From Hydrolagus colliei (Eukaryota), in the NCBI GenBank assembly GCA_035084275.1, contig CM068743.1, positions 101,494,001-101,558,000 on the forward strand: 64,000 nucleotides of DNA, read 5' to 3'. Shown here piece after piece: positions 34,760 through 46,331 of this stretch (within the stretch, counting starts at the first letter, position 1; each line of letters begins with the position of its first letter). The position numbers were made by a program, and so were the translations under genes. The notes beneath the pieces are model-generated. The model did no database searches and had not been told where the DNA came from. It worked only from the letters and a program-made list of their open reading frames with translations.

Positions 34760-36292
34760 GGGTGAAGTCATCTATGTTGGAGTGGAGGACTTGGGGGACA
34801 AGGAAGAGGCTGGATCCAGTTGAGCAGAGGCAGCGGGTGCTGTTGTGAGGAGAGAGGAGGTTAGAGAGGTAGGGGGGGTTCCAAGTAGTAGAGGGATTTA
34901 AACACCAGGGTGCGGATCTTGAAGTCGATTCGATCTGGGACAGGGAGCCAGTGGAGTTTGGCAAGGACTGGAATAATCAGTGCATGAAATTTGTTGTGCA
35001 TAAGAATGTGGGTGATGGAGTTTTGAATTAGCTGAATTTTGTGAATGGGTGGAGGGGAGGGCGCTGGGTTAGTCTAGCCGAGAGGTGACAAAGTCATTGA
35101 CCAGGGTTTTTGGCAGCTTTTGGGGTGAGGTACTGTTGGAGACTGGCGATGTAGCAGAGGTAGAAGAAAGCGTTGCTGATCAGGGACCGGATGTGGGGAG
35201 GAAGGATAACTTAGGATCGAACTGGATGCCTAAGTTGAGGATGGGTTCAGAGAGTTTTAAGGGCATGTTTAGGTTGAGAAGATCGGAACGATGGAGCATA
35301 AGGCGTCGATGGAAGCCAAAGAGTATGGCTTCCATCTTGTTGATATTTAACTGCGGGAAATTTGCACTCATCCAGCTTTTGATGTTTGACTGACAAGCTG
35401 ACAGAACATCAGGGGATTGGGGGACGCAGCTGGAGGAGAAAACATAGAGTTGAGTGTCATCCGCATACATGTGGAAGTTAACCCCATGTCTGTGGATGAC
35501 ATCACCAAGAGGGAGCATGTAGATGAGGAAAGAAGGGGGCCAAGGATGGATCCTTGGGGTCCCCGCAGATGACTGGGGAGAAGCGAGAAGAAAAGCCGTT
35601 TGCAGAAATGTAGTGCAAATGGTTTGTAAGGTAGTCCTTGAACCAAGTGAGTGTGGTCCCACTGAGGTGGATGATGGAGGACAGGCGGTGGAAGAGGATG
35701 GCGTGATCGATTGTGTTGAACATGGTGAAGAGGTCCAGGAGGATGAAGAGGCAGAGGAGATCTGATCACAGATAGAATGGAAATCAGTTGTAACTTTCAC
35801 AAGCTCTGTCTCTGTTCTGTGGGCAGCACGGAAACTGGGCAGGAGGGGTTCGAGTAGGTTGTGGAGGGAGAGGTGTGTGCAAAATTGGTTGACAACAACA
35901 CATTCTAGAGTTTTTGCAAGGAAGGGTAGGTTTGAGATAGGGCAGTAGTTCCCGAGGTTGGAGGGATCTAGGGTAGGTTTTTTAAGTAGGTGGGTAATGA
36001 CTGCAGTTTTGCAGGGGAATGGGACTGATCCTGAGGAGAGGGACTGGTTAATATTGCCTACCAGCAGTGGGATGCGAGAGAAGAAGATGATGAGATAGTG
36101 ATCCAAAATGGCCTTGTCCATGATGCACAGGTCAGAAATGTCAAGGCCATGTGTGATGATGAGGTTGCGGGGGTGACCATGGTTGTGGGTCGGTGAGTTG
36201 AGGTGGATGGTGAGGTTTAGGCAGGAGAGGAGGGCAGTGAAATCCAAGGATGTGGTGTAAAGGGAATTCAGGTGGAGGTTGAAGTCACCCAT
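34760..36292 (-). mobile_element. older L2 ORF2 relic (APE endonuclease C-terminus plus RT), internally deleted and frameshifted
   Basis: MGDFNLHLN...PTHNHGH...ILDHY (APE motifs), LLKKPTLDPSNLGNYCPISNLPFLAK, MYADDTQLY. Confidence 0.92.
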
Positions 36293-36821
36293 ATATTTGT
36301 TTATACATATATTTATATTTGTAGAAACCTAGAACAAACATCCCTATTTTAGTAACCAGTGTAAAGTATACATACATTTTAGTTAACTCAGTTAGTAACA
36401 CTCTTGTGTCTAGGTCAGGAGTTGTGGGTTTGACTTCGCACTAGACTTTAGGTCATAGTTGAGGTCGACACTCGAGTGCACTGCTGAGGAAGTGCTGTGT
36501 TGTTGGAGGTGTGAAGTGCTTAGAGACATTTCAGAATGATCAGGCGCTAAATTGGGCACAAGTATTATTAGTATACACCCGCTGTCATATTGAGATGTAC
36601 AAAGGTAGAGGTGAGCATTGAACCATATTAAATCTAGCTCAGAATCTGATCTCCCATGGATTTTGAACATTTGATTAAGACAAGCTGTTTCTAGTTCTCA
36701 CAAACTCCCACGAAGATTTGGATGATCCCATCTGTGCCTTTCAGGGTGAAAAAAATGTCTTATCAGCTCAACAGACTGTTTCCTCCTAACATTTAAAAAT
36801 TAAAGTTAGTAAATCAATAAA

Positions 36822-36945
36822 TAATATATAATCCTTGCATTTGATGTAGCGGCTTATCACGTATTTGAGATGTCTCAAAGCACTTCACCAATTATGCTGT
36901 AAATTGAATTGACTGTATCTTTTGTGGGCAAAACAATCATGTTCC
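36822..36945 (-). mobile_element. SINE 3' tail
   Basis: ataatccttgcatttgatgtagcggcttatcacg...gaattgactgtatcttttgtgggcaaaac. Confidence 0.8.
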
Positions 36946-36992
36946 ACAAACAATCAGTAGAAAAAGCTCCAAAAGCCAACAACCCATGAACT

Positions 36993-37031
36993 GATTTCTG
37001 ACGAAGGGTTGTAGACCTGAAACGTTGACTC
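36993..37031 (+). ncRNA. minimal type I hammerhead ribozyme motif in a Penelope-like pLTR fragment (fragment extends to about 37120)
   Basis: gattt-CTGACGA-a-gggtt-gta-gacct-GAAA-cgtt-gactc: both core boxes intact, stem II gggtt/gacct, palindromic AACGTT stem III, putative GUU cleavage triplet at 37024-37026, stem I with one mismatch. Confidence 0.7.
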
Positions 37032-37244
37032 TTTTTCCTTTCTCCATGGATGCTGCTTGACCTGCTGAGTTTCCCCAGCAAATTTGTTTTTGTTACTGAT
37101 TTCCTGATGATTTCCAACACTGATGTCAAACCTTAACCTGAACTAATTTTAACACTACCGTTTATTCAATGTTTTCATTTTCTGGCTACTGTTTGCAAAG
37201 TGGTTTCCCATTTTTATAATCACAAGACAATACAAAACTAGAAT

Positions 37245-37520
37245 ACAAAATGACATTTGTATGGCGCATTTCATGTTGGGAGAACGTTCCAAGATGCTGC
37301 ACAATCAGGGATTTGCACCCGAGCGTGAGGGCTGTGGGTTTGGGATTAGGGCGAGTGGAGTGCAGGAGGGTGGCTGAAGGTGCAATCAAAGAGAAGGGTC
37401 TTGATAGATGGTCTTGAAGGAGGCAAGGGAGGAGAAGTGAGATCCAAAGGATGGGGGCAGAGAGGCTGAAGGCCCAACCGCCAACAGTAAGGCGGGCCGG
37501 GTGGGTAACGTTGGGGACAA
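37245..37520 (-). mobile_element. L2 3' end (type A), diverged
   Basis: acatttgtatggcgcatttcatgttgggagaacgttccaagatgctgcaca...ggggcagagaggctgaaggccc. Confidence 0.8.
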
Positions 37521-37529
37521 TACAATTCT

Positions 37530-37855
37530 GAATCCTTGCATTTGATTTAACGCCTTACACGTCAGGAGAATGTCTCAACGTGATTCACAGGATTTACTGT
37601 AAAGTGTACTGAATGTGTATTTTGTGGTAAACATAGCAACCAATTTGTTCACAGCAATTACCATAAACAGCTATAAAGTGAATGACCAATTTTTGGGGGT
37701 GAATCATTGACAGGCAGACAAGTTTAAACATTTCATCAATGCACCCACTGGGAGGGCTTGCAGAGGCTTATCAACTTAATCTATCTATTAGGGATTTGAA
37801 CCCATAACCTTCTGACTCAGAGGCAAGATTGCTGCCAACTGAGCCAGCCTGACAC
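37530..37855 (-). mobile_element. older SINE with degenerate tRNA head
   Basis: Tail atccttgcatttgat..., body caaccaatttgttcacagcaa, head gggatttgaacccataaccttctgactcagaggc...gccaactgagcc. Confidence 0.75.
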
Positions 37856-38331
37856 CAAATGACTGTCGTAATAACTATAAAGAATTTTGAGACATTCTTA
37901 TGTGGTCAGATGCTATAAAACATCATATTGTTCTGAAAGATAATTGGGAATCATTTCAAAATTCGAGAATTTAATGGGGGAATTGTTTTTAAAAACTGAG
38001 AGCTCAAAATAAATTGCCTCAGTGACCAATATGCAGGATAGACTATAGAGGTTAAGTAACCACATAGATTTAATCATTTTCTTCACTTCAACAGATGCTA
38101 CAAAAAACACAAATACTTCAATAAGGAAATATTGCTTCCGTCTGGCTAGCAACAAGGAGTTTTAAGATTTTAATTCAATGAACAAATCAGGGTTTACAGT
38201 CATTACATTAACATCCCGTTAATATAAAAAAAAACTGGATAGGAGAGATATGCAAATCATTCAAAAGGGCAACATAGTGACTTTGTTTTGATTAAATCAC
38301 CATTTTGTGAACAGTTTTGAGAAAGCAAATA

Positions 38332-38549
38332 CAGTAAAAGCCCGTTTATCCGGCACCCTCAGGACCTGGCCAATGCCAGTTAAAGCACGTGCTGGATATG
38401 CGGCCAAAACCCCCCACCAAAATTAGAAAATAAATAAATAATGCATTGTGTTGGATAAATTCTGGTTAATCGAATGTGGACCTTTTGTTGAGGTGCCGGC
38501 TATACGGAAATTACGGTTGATCGTGTCATGGATAAACGGGCTTTTACTG
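38332..38549. mobile_element. short Tigger/pogo-like MITE, family A copy 2
   Basis: Perfect 20-bp TIRs cagtaaaagcccgtttatcc / ggataaacgggcttttactg, TA at 38330-31 and 38550-51. Confidence 0.93.
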
Positions 38550-39480
38550 TAAATGTCAAACACAGCCCTTTGCTATTTTGCTATAGCACACTTCACGCAT
38601 TAAGACAATTATTCAGTCAACTTTATAAATGATTTTCCTTTGGTTTTCAAAGTGGCAGCATCTGTTTCTATATCATCTCTTGTCCTACCTCGTACTTTTC
38701 CCAGATCCTGCAAAATCACACTCATTTTGGAAAGTAATTATCTATCTAACACGATTCTGTTTGTGTTTCAATCAAAGCACCCAGAAGCCACAGCACCAGC
38801 CGGTCTAACATAATCAGTTAGATCAGATGATCAGATGATTTAATCGATCCTGCACTATACTCTGAAATTTGATAAGCTCTTAGACTTTATATCTGCACTT
38901 ACTACTCCAGTTTCTCTTTATTCCTCTGTTCTTGTAGTTTTTTATAACTAGCATGAAGGAGAGTTTGACAAAATTAATTAGAGGCCAGAGTGTAACTGGG
39001 AGACAGATTTGATTGAGCTGTACAGAGAATTTAAAGGAGGTATGCAGTGAAGATATAAATAGTTGTCACATTATGCTATTGAATAGGAAGGGGTGATGCT
39101 GCAGTCCTTCAGAGCTTGTTTGCATTTTTGTTTCACTTAACGTATTGTTTAGCATTAAATCAACTTTCAAATTTCTGAAAAAATGTGTTTTTCTATTTGG
39201 TTGAAGGGGCAGATGCTACTATCTTGTGATATTGTGTTATTCCATTTGCTGCATGAAAACTATTCTTGCGCTTAACTATGTTTAATGGCAAAATATACTA
39301 AATCTGCCAGTATGCATTTTATCACATTAATAATCTAGCACAAGTGATATACTGAGGTGCAGATAAATTTGGGAGAAATTTGCAGAACGTTTCCTGAACA
39401 CTGTATGATCTTTTAAGATGAGAACTTTCTTACGTGGCAGAGTCCATTGTGGGTTTAAGTAGGAAAGAGGACATGTATCT

Positions 39481-39605
39481 GATAATAATCCTTGCATTTG
39501 ATATAACGCTTTTCACATTTTCTGGATGTCTCAAAGTGCTTCACAGAATATATTGTAAAGTGAATTGACTGTATATTTGTGGGCGAAACGTGGCAGACAA
39601 TTGCG
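39481..39605 (-). mobile_element. SINE 3' tail
   Basis: ataataatccttgcatttgatataacgc...gaattgactgtatatttgtgggcgaaacgtggcagacaattgcg. Confidence 0.85.
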
Positions 39606-39608
39606 CCC

Positions 39609-40225
39609 TGCCTGCAATCAAACCCAGCTCTCTTGCAAATACAATCCTGACCTATCGGTTTCGTATCATTTCAACTCTCCTTCCCACTCGCAGTCTGACC
39701 TCTCCATCCATGGTCTCCTACGCTGTTCAATGAACCGCAGCGCAAGCTCAAGGAATAGCACCTTATCCATCTGCTCGGCACCTTACAGTCCTCTGGCCTT
39801 AATATTGATTTAAATATTTTTGGGCCATAGCAGTTCACCTTCCCCTTCTTCTGTGACCATCTAATCTGCCTGTTCTTTGGCAATTTCACCCCACTTTGTT
39901 TTAACAGTATAGTATTAACTCCGCTTCTCTCCAGTTTTGTTGCAGTTTCCCGTTTTGTTTCACAACATTAACACACCTCTTTAACCCATCTTCTCCTGCC
40001 CTGCACTCCATTTTCTCATTTGTCTTCCTTACCCTACCTCTCCCTCTCTGCTAATGCTTAAAAGCCTCTCCCTCCTAACATGCCAGAGTTCTGACGAAGG
40101 GTTGTGGACCTGAAAACTTGACTCACTTTTCCTTTCTCTATAGATGCTGCCTGACCTGAACACTCAGTTCACAGCGATTTCTGTTTTTATTTCAGATTTC
40201 CAGCAGTATTGTGCGTTTTGTTTTG
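39609..40225 (+). mobile_element. Penelope-like retroelement remnant: GIY-YIG endonuclease C-terminus, pyrimidine-rich 3' region, pLTR with hammerhead motif
   Basis: NPDLSVSYHFNSPSHSQSDLSIHGLLRCS, then after a 1-nt shift NEPQRKLKE*HLIHLLGTLQSSGLNID, matching the H-F-N...H...R...E...L.TL.P.GLN end of PLE GIY-YIG domains. Hammerhead motif at 40086-40124. Confidence 0.85.
40086..40124 (+). ncRNA. minimal type I hammerhead ribozyme motif (stem III mutated)
   Basis: gagtt-CTGACGA-a-gggtt-gtg-gacct-GAAA-actt-gactc. Stem I gagtt/gactc is fully paired, but the AACGTT palindrome is changed to AAACTT. Confidence 0.6.
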
Positions 40226-41710
40226 ACGAATAGTGATGTTTGCATCTGAGGAGTGATTCTATGATCATCTCTAACTGTACTAACTTGTGCCAGTGAGCCC
40301 ATCCTATTCTCTGCAGGAAGGTAACATTGACTGACTGACAGCGTGATTCTGTAATTGGAGAAAATCCCAGTATAAACTCACTATCAAGGTCAGTAGAATG
40401 ACCATCGTAGGATTACCCATTTTGTTTCTTGGTAGAATTGTGATATGCATGATTGATCACTGTACCTGCTGAAAGCACCCTACCTACTAGCAGACTAATG
40501 TATTCATAAACAAATTAGAACATTCATTAGCCATCTCAGTTTAGACCTTTTTATCACTCTATACCAAATGTTTTTTTTAAATGGAGGGCATGAAGTGACG
40601 TTCATTAATTGATAATAGTCAATTCATTTATTCCAATCCCAAATTTGAAGCCTTTAGGATCTGAAGCTCTGCAACTGAGATTGATGAATGTGTTTGATGC
40701 ATTAAGCATTCTCAGTATTCAGTGGGATTTTTATGAATCTGTTTCCTATCTGTAGAAGTTTACCTTTGCACCTTTACTTTTAGCTAGTGCACTACAATAA
40801 ATTAAACCAAGATACTCTTTGCCGATTTAGGATGACATGTGAGAGCCCATGGAATTATTCAAAAAGTGTAAGGAGTTTTTCCCTGGGGCCCTGGCCAACA
40901 ATTCTCCAGATGATGAATCACTTCAAGGCTGTTTGTGCACAAATTGGCTGCCCTGTTCATGTACAAAGTACACAGTCACTACACTTCATAGTACGTCCTA
41001 TGAAATGCTTTGAGATGCCCTTACAACACAAAAGGTGCTATATCAAATGTATTATTGATTTAGGATTATCATATGGTCTGAAGTGCTGTGACTGCTCTTA
41101 AACCGGCACTTGTGGATCTTATTTTATGATTAACTGAATGAACATTTTTCACCGCAGAGAGGGTTTAGATCACTAACGAGTTTGAGAATTGTCCTTAGCT
41201 GCCACAGCATCAAGTTGCACTCATCAATAGCCATGGAACCTGACCTGGTAATTATTCATGACTATCCAGTTAGCAGGGAGTTGCTCCACTTACTCTCTAG
41301 TTAGCAAACTTATCTATAAACCATTATAACTTGAGCAGCTCCGTAATGTAACAGTTAAGATGCATGCACTACAAACCTGTCTTTGCAACTTTAATCCAAT
41401 TATTCAGTTGGATGTTAAAGATCCCACAACACTATTTGAAAAGAGAAGGAAGTTTCTCTTGGTGACCTGGCCAAGAATTCTCCAGATAAAATTGATCAGT
41501 CACCTCACGACTACTTGGGGACATTGCTATGCTCAAATTGAAGTTGTATTTCTCTACAAAATAATAGTCACTACTTTATATAAATCTCTGAGATGTCTTC
41601 ATATGAGAAAGGTACTAAATCGGTTGCAACTGTTATCCCACTCAAAGAAGCCCCAGAATAATGTTCCTACGGTTGCGTGAAAGTGTACGAATATGATGAC
41701 CCAACTTTAT

Positions 41711-42024
41711 GGAGTCCTGTAGCTCAGTGGTTAGAGCACTCGCCTTAAAAGCGTGAGATGGATATTCGAATCCAGGCAGGTCAGGGTGAAACCTTGGGCA
41801 AGGTTTCATCACGCTCCTAATAATAATCCCTCCAAAAAAAACCACAATAATAAAATTGGCAATTTAAATCCATGACTGTTTGCGGGACACTGCTGTGCGG
41901 GACACGGCTGCGGTGTTTTGCCCACAAATATGCAGTCAGTTCACTTTACAGTACATTCTGTGAAGCTCTTTGATACGTTAGAAGATGTGAAAAGCACTAT
42001 ATCAAAATGCAAGGATTATTATTA
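41711..42024 (+). mobile_element. tRNA-derived SINE, short form, full length
   Basis: ggagtcctgtagctcagtggttagagcactcgcc...attcgaatcc, body, tail aaatgcaaggattattatt. Confidence 0.92.
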
Positions 42025-42496
42025 CTTTCTCAGTTCTTATGCCTCAGTTTTTCTGCAGGAAACCAAAGTTACATTTACTCACAGCAGGTGAACACGAGCA
42101 GACAAACTGAATGGAGTGGGCAATATGGAATATTTTCCAAGAGAATCTTTGCACTAAACTGGGGACTTGTCATGTTGATGCATATGATATTGTAGCCCTC
42201 GGGAATGTTGGATAAGTCCTTTGTGCTAATAGCAGGGAGAGCGGGAGGCTCTCGCAGTGATGCCATGCTGGTTACAATTATACTACAGCTGGTGTGCATC
42301 GTTTTCAATCTGAAAGCACTTCCTGGAGGTGATTGTATGAGGAGCCCTGGAAATTCATCTATGTCACACATCACTATACCACTAAACATTTATTCAGCAT
42401 GAAAGTACATGGAATCAATGCTAACAGTGTTGTGCAATTGGAGCTTTCATCGTTATGTAATTGGTTATTTTCTTCTTTTCTTATTGCCCATTTATA

Positions 42497-42610
42497 TAAT
42501 AATAATAATCCTTGCATATGACATAGCACTTTTCAGATCTTCTAGATGTCTCAAAGTGCTACACAGAATATACGGTAAAGTAAATTGACTGTATATTTGT
42601 GGGTGAAAAT
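42497..42610 (-). mobile_element. SINE 3' tail
   Basis: (aat)n ccttgcatatgacatagcacttttc...ttgactgtatatttgtgggtgaaa. Confidence 0.85.
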
Positions 42611-42920
42611 GGAAAATATGGACAAAAACATATTTGAAATATTATTTCTTAGCTACAAAATGTATACTTGCATTTATGTAGGGCTGTCATGTAGAGTAAT
42701 GACTGGGGGAGCTTTACAGAGACTGGCTGCTGGACACTGAGCAGCACAGGTGGGATAGTGGGGTGTGGAGAGCAGGAAGATGACCAAAGGCATAGTTGAA
42801 TAGGTAGAATTTTAAGTGACGTTTGAAGAACAACAGTGAAGTGGAAGGGCCAAGGAAAGATGGAGTTCCAGATGTTGGAGACGTAGTAGCGGTAAGATCA
42901 GCTGCTGAAATTAGGGTAGA

Positions 42921-43011
42921 GAGGGCAACTCAGGAAACTATTGCAGTCTGAAGTTTCTTGAGGGCAACTCAGAGGGCAACTCAGGAAACTATAGCAGTCT
43001 CAAGTTTCTTG
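42921..43011. repeat. local tandem duplication (2 x about 40 bp plus 12-bp partial) inside a degraded L2
   Basis: gagggcaactcaggaaactattgcagtctgaagtttcttg and gagggcaactcaggaaactatagcagtctcaagtttcttg. Confidence 0.85.
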
Positions 43012-43399
43012 AATGGAAAAGGTGAGCAGAAAACTAAGAACAGTGTTAACATTACCAAAGGTGTGAAGATATTTGTAGTTGAGGGTGAGGATCTTAAAAA
43101 TCAGGCTAATTGGTTTGTCACTATCAGATCTGTGAAGACTTTAGAGCTATAATTACAAGGTCACTTCCTTTTTTTTCATCTCCGCAAGAAAAATGGATAT
43201 TTATTTAATGGTCGGATATTTCTCCTTTTCTGGTCAAAAATCCACAATTTGGACATTACCACTTGCACTGAGTACATTGATGGTGATGATGCCAACTTTT
43301 AATAAGAACATATTATCAAATAAGAATTTCCCCACTGTCATTGTTTAATGGATGATTTAAGGAGTTACTGCAAAGTGCAATAACTGTTCCTTCTAGGTG

Positions 43400-43690
43400 A
43401 ACACATTTGCACACAGCAGTTAAGTGAATGACATTTAATCTGGGGAATTGATGGCCAGGACAATGGGAGAAATTCCCTTCTATTTCTGAATCGTGTCATA
43501 GTTTCACCCACAAATATACAATCAATTCACTTTACAGTATATTTTGTGAAGCGCTTTGAGATATTGATACACTGTGAAAGCGCTATATCAAATACAAGGA
43601 TTATTATTACTATTATTATTATAGTGCAATGACCTTAAAGTCCCAATGTGGGGTTTAAGCCACTCAGAGATAAGAGTGCCACCATGTAAA
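43400..43690. mobile_element. older minus-strand SINE with a younger plus-strand SINE tail (43501-43620) nested in it
   Basis: ggccaggacaatgggagaaattccc...gaatcgtgtcata|gtttcacccacaaatatac...ggattattattac...|atagtgcaatgacc. Confidence 0.7.
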
Positions 43691-43774
43691 CCATGTAATT
43701 AGACATCTAGGGACCACAGAAAATCCGTTCACTCAGGTCTAAGCTAATCTTGTGAAAATGGTACATTGCACACT

Positions 43775-44190
43775 ATTAGTTCCATTGGAGACCAGCTGGT
43801 CAACTTCACGATCCTCACTCTAATTTTTAAATCCCTCCACTTGTCGGCATCCCCCTACCTCACAAACCTCCTCTTTCCTCACAACAGTACCCACTGCCTC
43901 TGCTGTACTGGGACTGGCCTCCTCCTTGACCACCAAATCCTCCGCTCCACCATCAGCGGTCATGCTTCCAGTCACTACAGCACCAAACTCTGGAACTCTC
44001 TTCCTCACCCCCTTCACCTCACCACTTCCCCTTCCTTTACCATCTTTAGGTCGCACCTGAAGACCTTTCTCTTCAATCGCGCTTACAGTGACCTTCCCCT
44101 TCCCCCTGGTTTTGCCTCAGACTCTGCCATTGTGAAGCTCTGAGACACCGCCTGGTGTGGAGGGCACTATGTAAATGAAAGTTGTTGTTG
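43775..44190 (+). mobile_element. L2 3' end (type B)
   Basis: ILTLIFKSLH...PYLTNLL...KLWNSLPH...FRSHLKTFLFNRAY; tail gtgaagctctgagacaccgcctggtgtggagggcactatgtaaatgaaa(gtt)n. Confidence 0.9.
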
Positions 44191-45149
44191 TGAAAGTGAT
44201 GAAACAAACGACTTGACCCTGGTAATGAAAAAAAACGTTTGAATGAAAGATTATTAAGAAGCAGTAGGATCTTTTACACCTGAATCGCTACAGTGAAAGG
44301 AATCGACAATTCACATTTTGTGCTTCTCTTGCCTTTGGATAAAACAGTTACAGTATTGAAATAAAAATGAATCCTTGAATTGTAAACTGAAATTCAATAC
44401 AGCAACAAACTGTACTTGGTGGCCAAGACAGTGCGATTGTAGCAGGTTTTTATCTGAATAGTCTATTCTTGGCTTTGCCGGGATGTGAAACTGTCTGATT
44501 ACTCCCCAGCAGGGTGACAACTATTTGCAAAAGCTGTTCAATTGCTGCATTGCAGTTCTTTTCATGACAGATTTAATAGACCACATTAAGAGCAACAATC
44601 TTAAGGGAAAACAGCAAAAAAAAAACAATCCACATTTGTCTTGGTATTTCAGCCTTTGGCAGGCTAAAAACTTCTCGTTAGGTGGCATCTTTGCGGGGTG
44701 TTGTGAACCCATTGTGTCTGTGTCCTTCATAAGATGAAGCAGGCTCTCACGGTGGATGAATCCACAGTCACTCACCAATGACCTCGGAGGAAAGTATGGA
44801 TGTTTTGGATTGAAGGCTGGCATGTAATCTGCACTAACAGATGGATTTTGGTTATATTTGGTAGCAGATTAGTAGTTGCCCTGCTGCTCCGATGATCCTT
44901 TTTACTATGCAATTTGACAACTACTGATGTTTTTGTCAGTAGGTGGTGAGAAAATTCACTCTCTGCCAACCACATCTGGGCATTGTCTCCTGGGATTTCT
45001 ATGTAGATTCAGCAATTTCCTCTATGAAGACCTAAATGGAAATAGCACCATTAGTACAATAAAGTAAATCCAACTTTTTTTTTACACTACGAAGAGTAAT
45101 GAAAGTACAAGGTAAAATTTAGTATAATTTTGCAATCATAAGTAATAAT

Positions 45150-45502
45150 AACCCTTGCATGGCCTGCTTCACATCCTATGCCTTGCCCGCCCCACTGTTG
45201 GTGGTCGACTTTCAGACCATCCTCTGGAACTCCATCCCACTGTCCCTCCACCTTGCCCCAACCCTTGCCTCCTTCAAAACCCTCCTAAAGGCCATCCTCT
45301 TCAACTTCTTTCAATTAACCTCCTGCCCTCCCGACCCTTCACCCTCCCCAATCCCAAACCCCAGCTCGGGTCCGGAATACTATCTGCCCAGCACCTTGGG
45401 ACATCCTCCCGACATTGTTGAAACATCACAAAGTGATAGGACATCCTTGGGACATCCTCCCGACGTGAAAGGCGCTCTAGAAATATAATTTTGTTGTTGT
45501 TG
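45150..45502 (+). mobile_element. L2 3' end (type A) with internal 20-bp duplication
   Basis: LWNSIPLSLHLAPTLASFKTLLK; ccttgggacatcctcccgac occurs twice; (ttg)n tail. Confidence 0.85.
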
Positions 45503-45644
45503 ATTCACAGAACATACTGTAAAGTGAATTGACTATATATTTTGTGGGAAAAACAATATACAAATAAAAATGGCAATAAATTCATTGTGTTGAATATTGA
45601 TCTACAGATTGTGTTGAATGCAAAATATTAACTATTTACTATTA

Positions 45645-45860
45645 CTCTCTGCCCCCACCCTTTGGAATTCCATTCCACAGTCACTTTGCTTTATTCTCTC
45701 CCTTAGCTCCTTCAAGGCACGACTCAATTCTCCTTCAGCTGTCAGCCGCCCTCCTACTTTACTGCCTTCCTTCTTCCCAACCTTGCCCCCCACCACTGTT
45801 CAGCACCTCGGAACGTTCTCCCATTGTGAAAGAAGTTTTACAAATGTAATTTTGTTGTTG
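45645..45860 (+). mobile_element. L2 3' end (type A)
   Basis: SAPTLWNSIPQSL..., cagcacctcggaacgttctcccattgtgaaag...aaatgtaattttgttgttg. The large MITE begins at the TA right after the tail. Confidence 0.85.
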
Positions 45861-46331
45861 TACAGGTAGACCCTGCTTATTGAACGCCTGGCTAACAAAA
45901 TTTCACTCTAACGAGGGTTTCTATAGTACCACTTCTCCGCTTAACAAAGGCTGCTTTCACTATAACGAATGTTTACACACACTTTAAATCTCGCGGACTT
46001 GTCGTGCGCAGCTTCTCATGCACAGTTTCTCTCTGGTTGCCCCAGCAACGCACACTCAGTCTTTAGCGTGCCTCAGTTAAGCAGTGCAGTGCAGCCCCTC
46101 CCATATGGGAGGAGCTTGAGCGGCAGGAAGCTTTGTGGCTTCAATAATAGTAGGTCGAGATGGTGGGTGGGGGGCGGAGAGAGATGGGGGGATAGAGAGG
46201 GAGGGGAGGGGGGATAGAGGGGAGGGGGGGATAGAGAGATGGGGGGATAGAGAGGGAGAGCAGGGGAGGGGGGAATAGAGAGGGGGGGAGTAGAGAGAAA
46301 GCAAGGAGGGGTAGGGAGAAAGAGAGGAGGG

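Noticed and set aside
41711-41785. tRNA gene-like sequences (also 8910-8982, 18210-18282, 53445-53517, 54107-54175, 62018-62090)
   Set aside because: They have A and B boxes but degenerate stems and variable anticodons, and each runs into the same SINE body and tail, so they are SINE heads.
44773-44823. Minus-strand ATG-to-donor segment MPAFNPKHPYFPPRSL|gtgagt, and a minus-strand donor near 28495
   Set aside because: These are isolated splice-like words with no corroborating evidence and are compatible with chance.
45969-46217. Similar peptides MFTHTLNLA... in both large MITE copies (also 62774-62989)
   Set aside because: The similarity only reflects the shared DNA repeat. There is no transposase motif, and the ORFs end at different points in the low-complexity tract.
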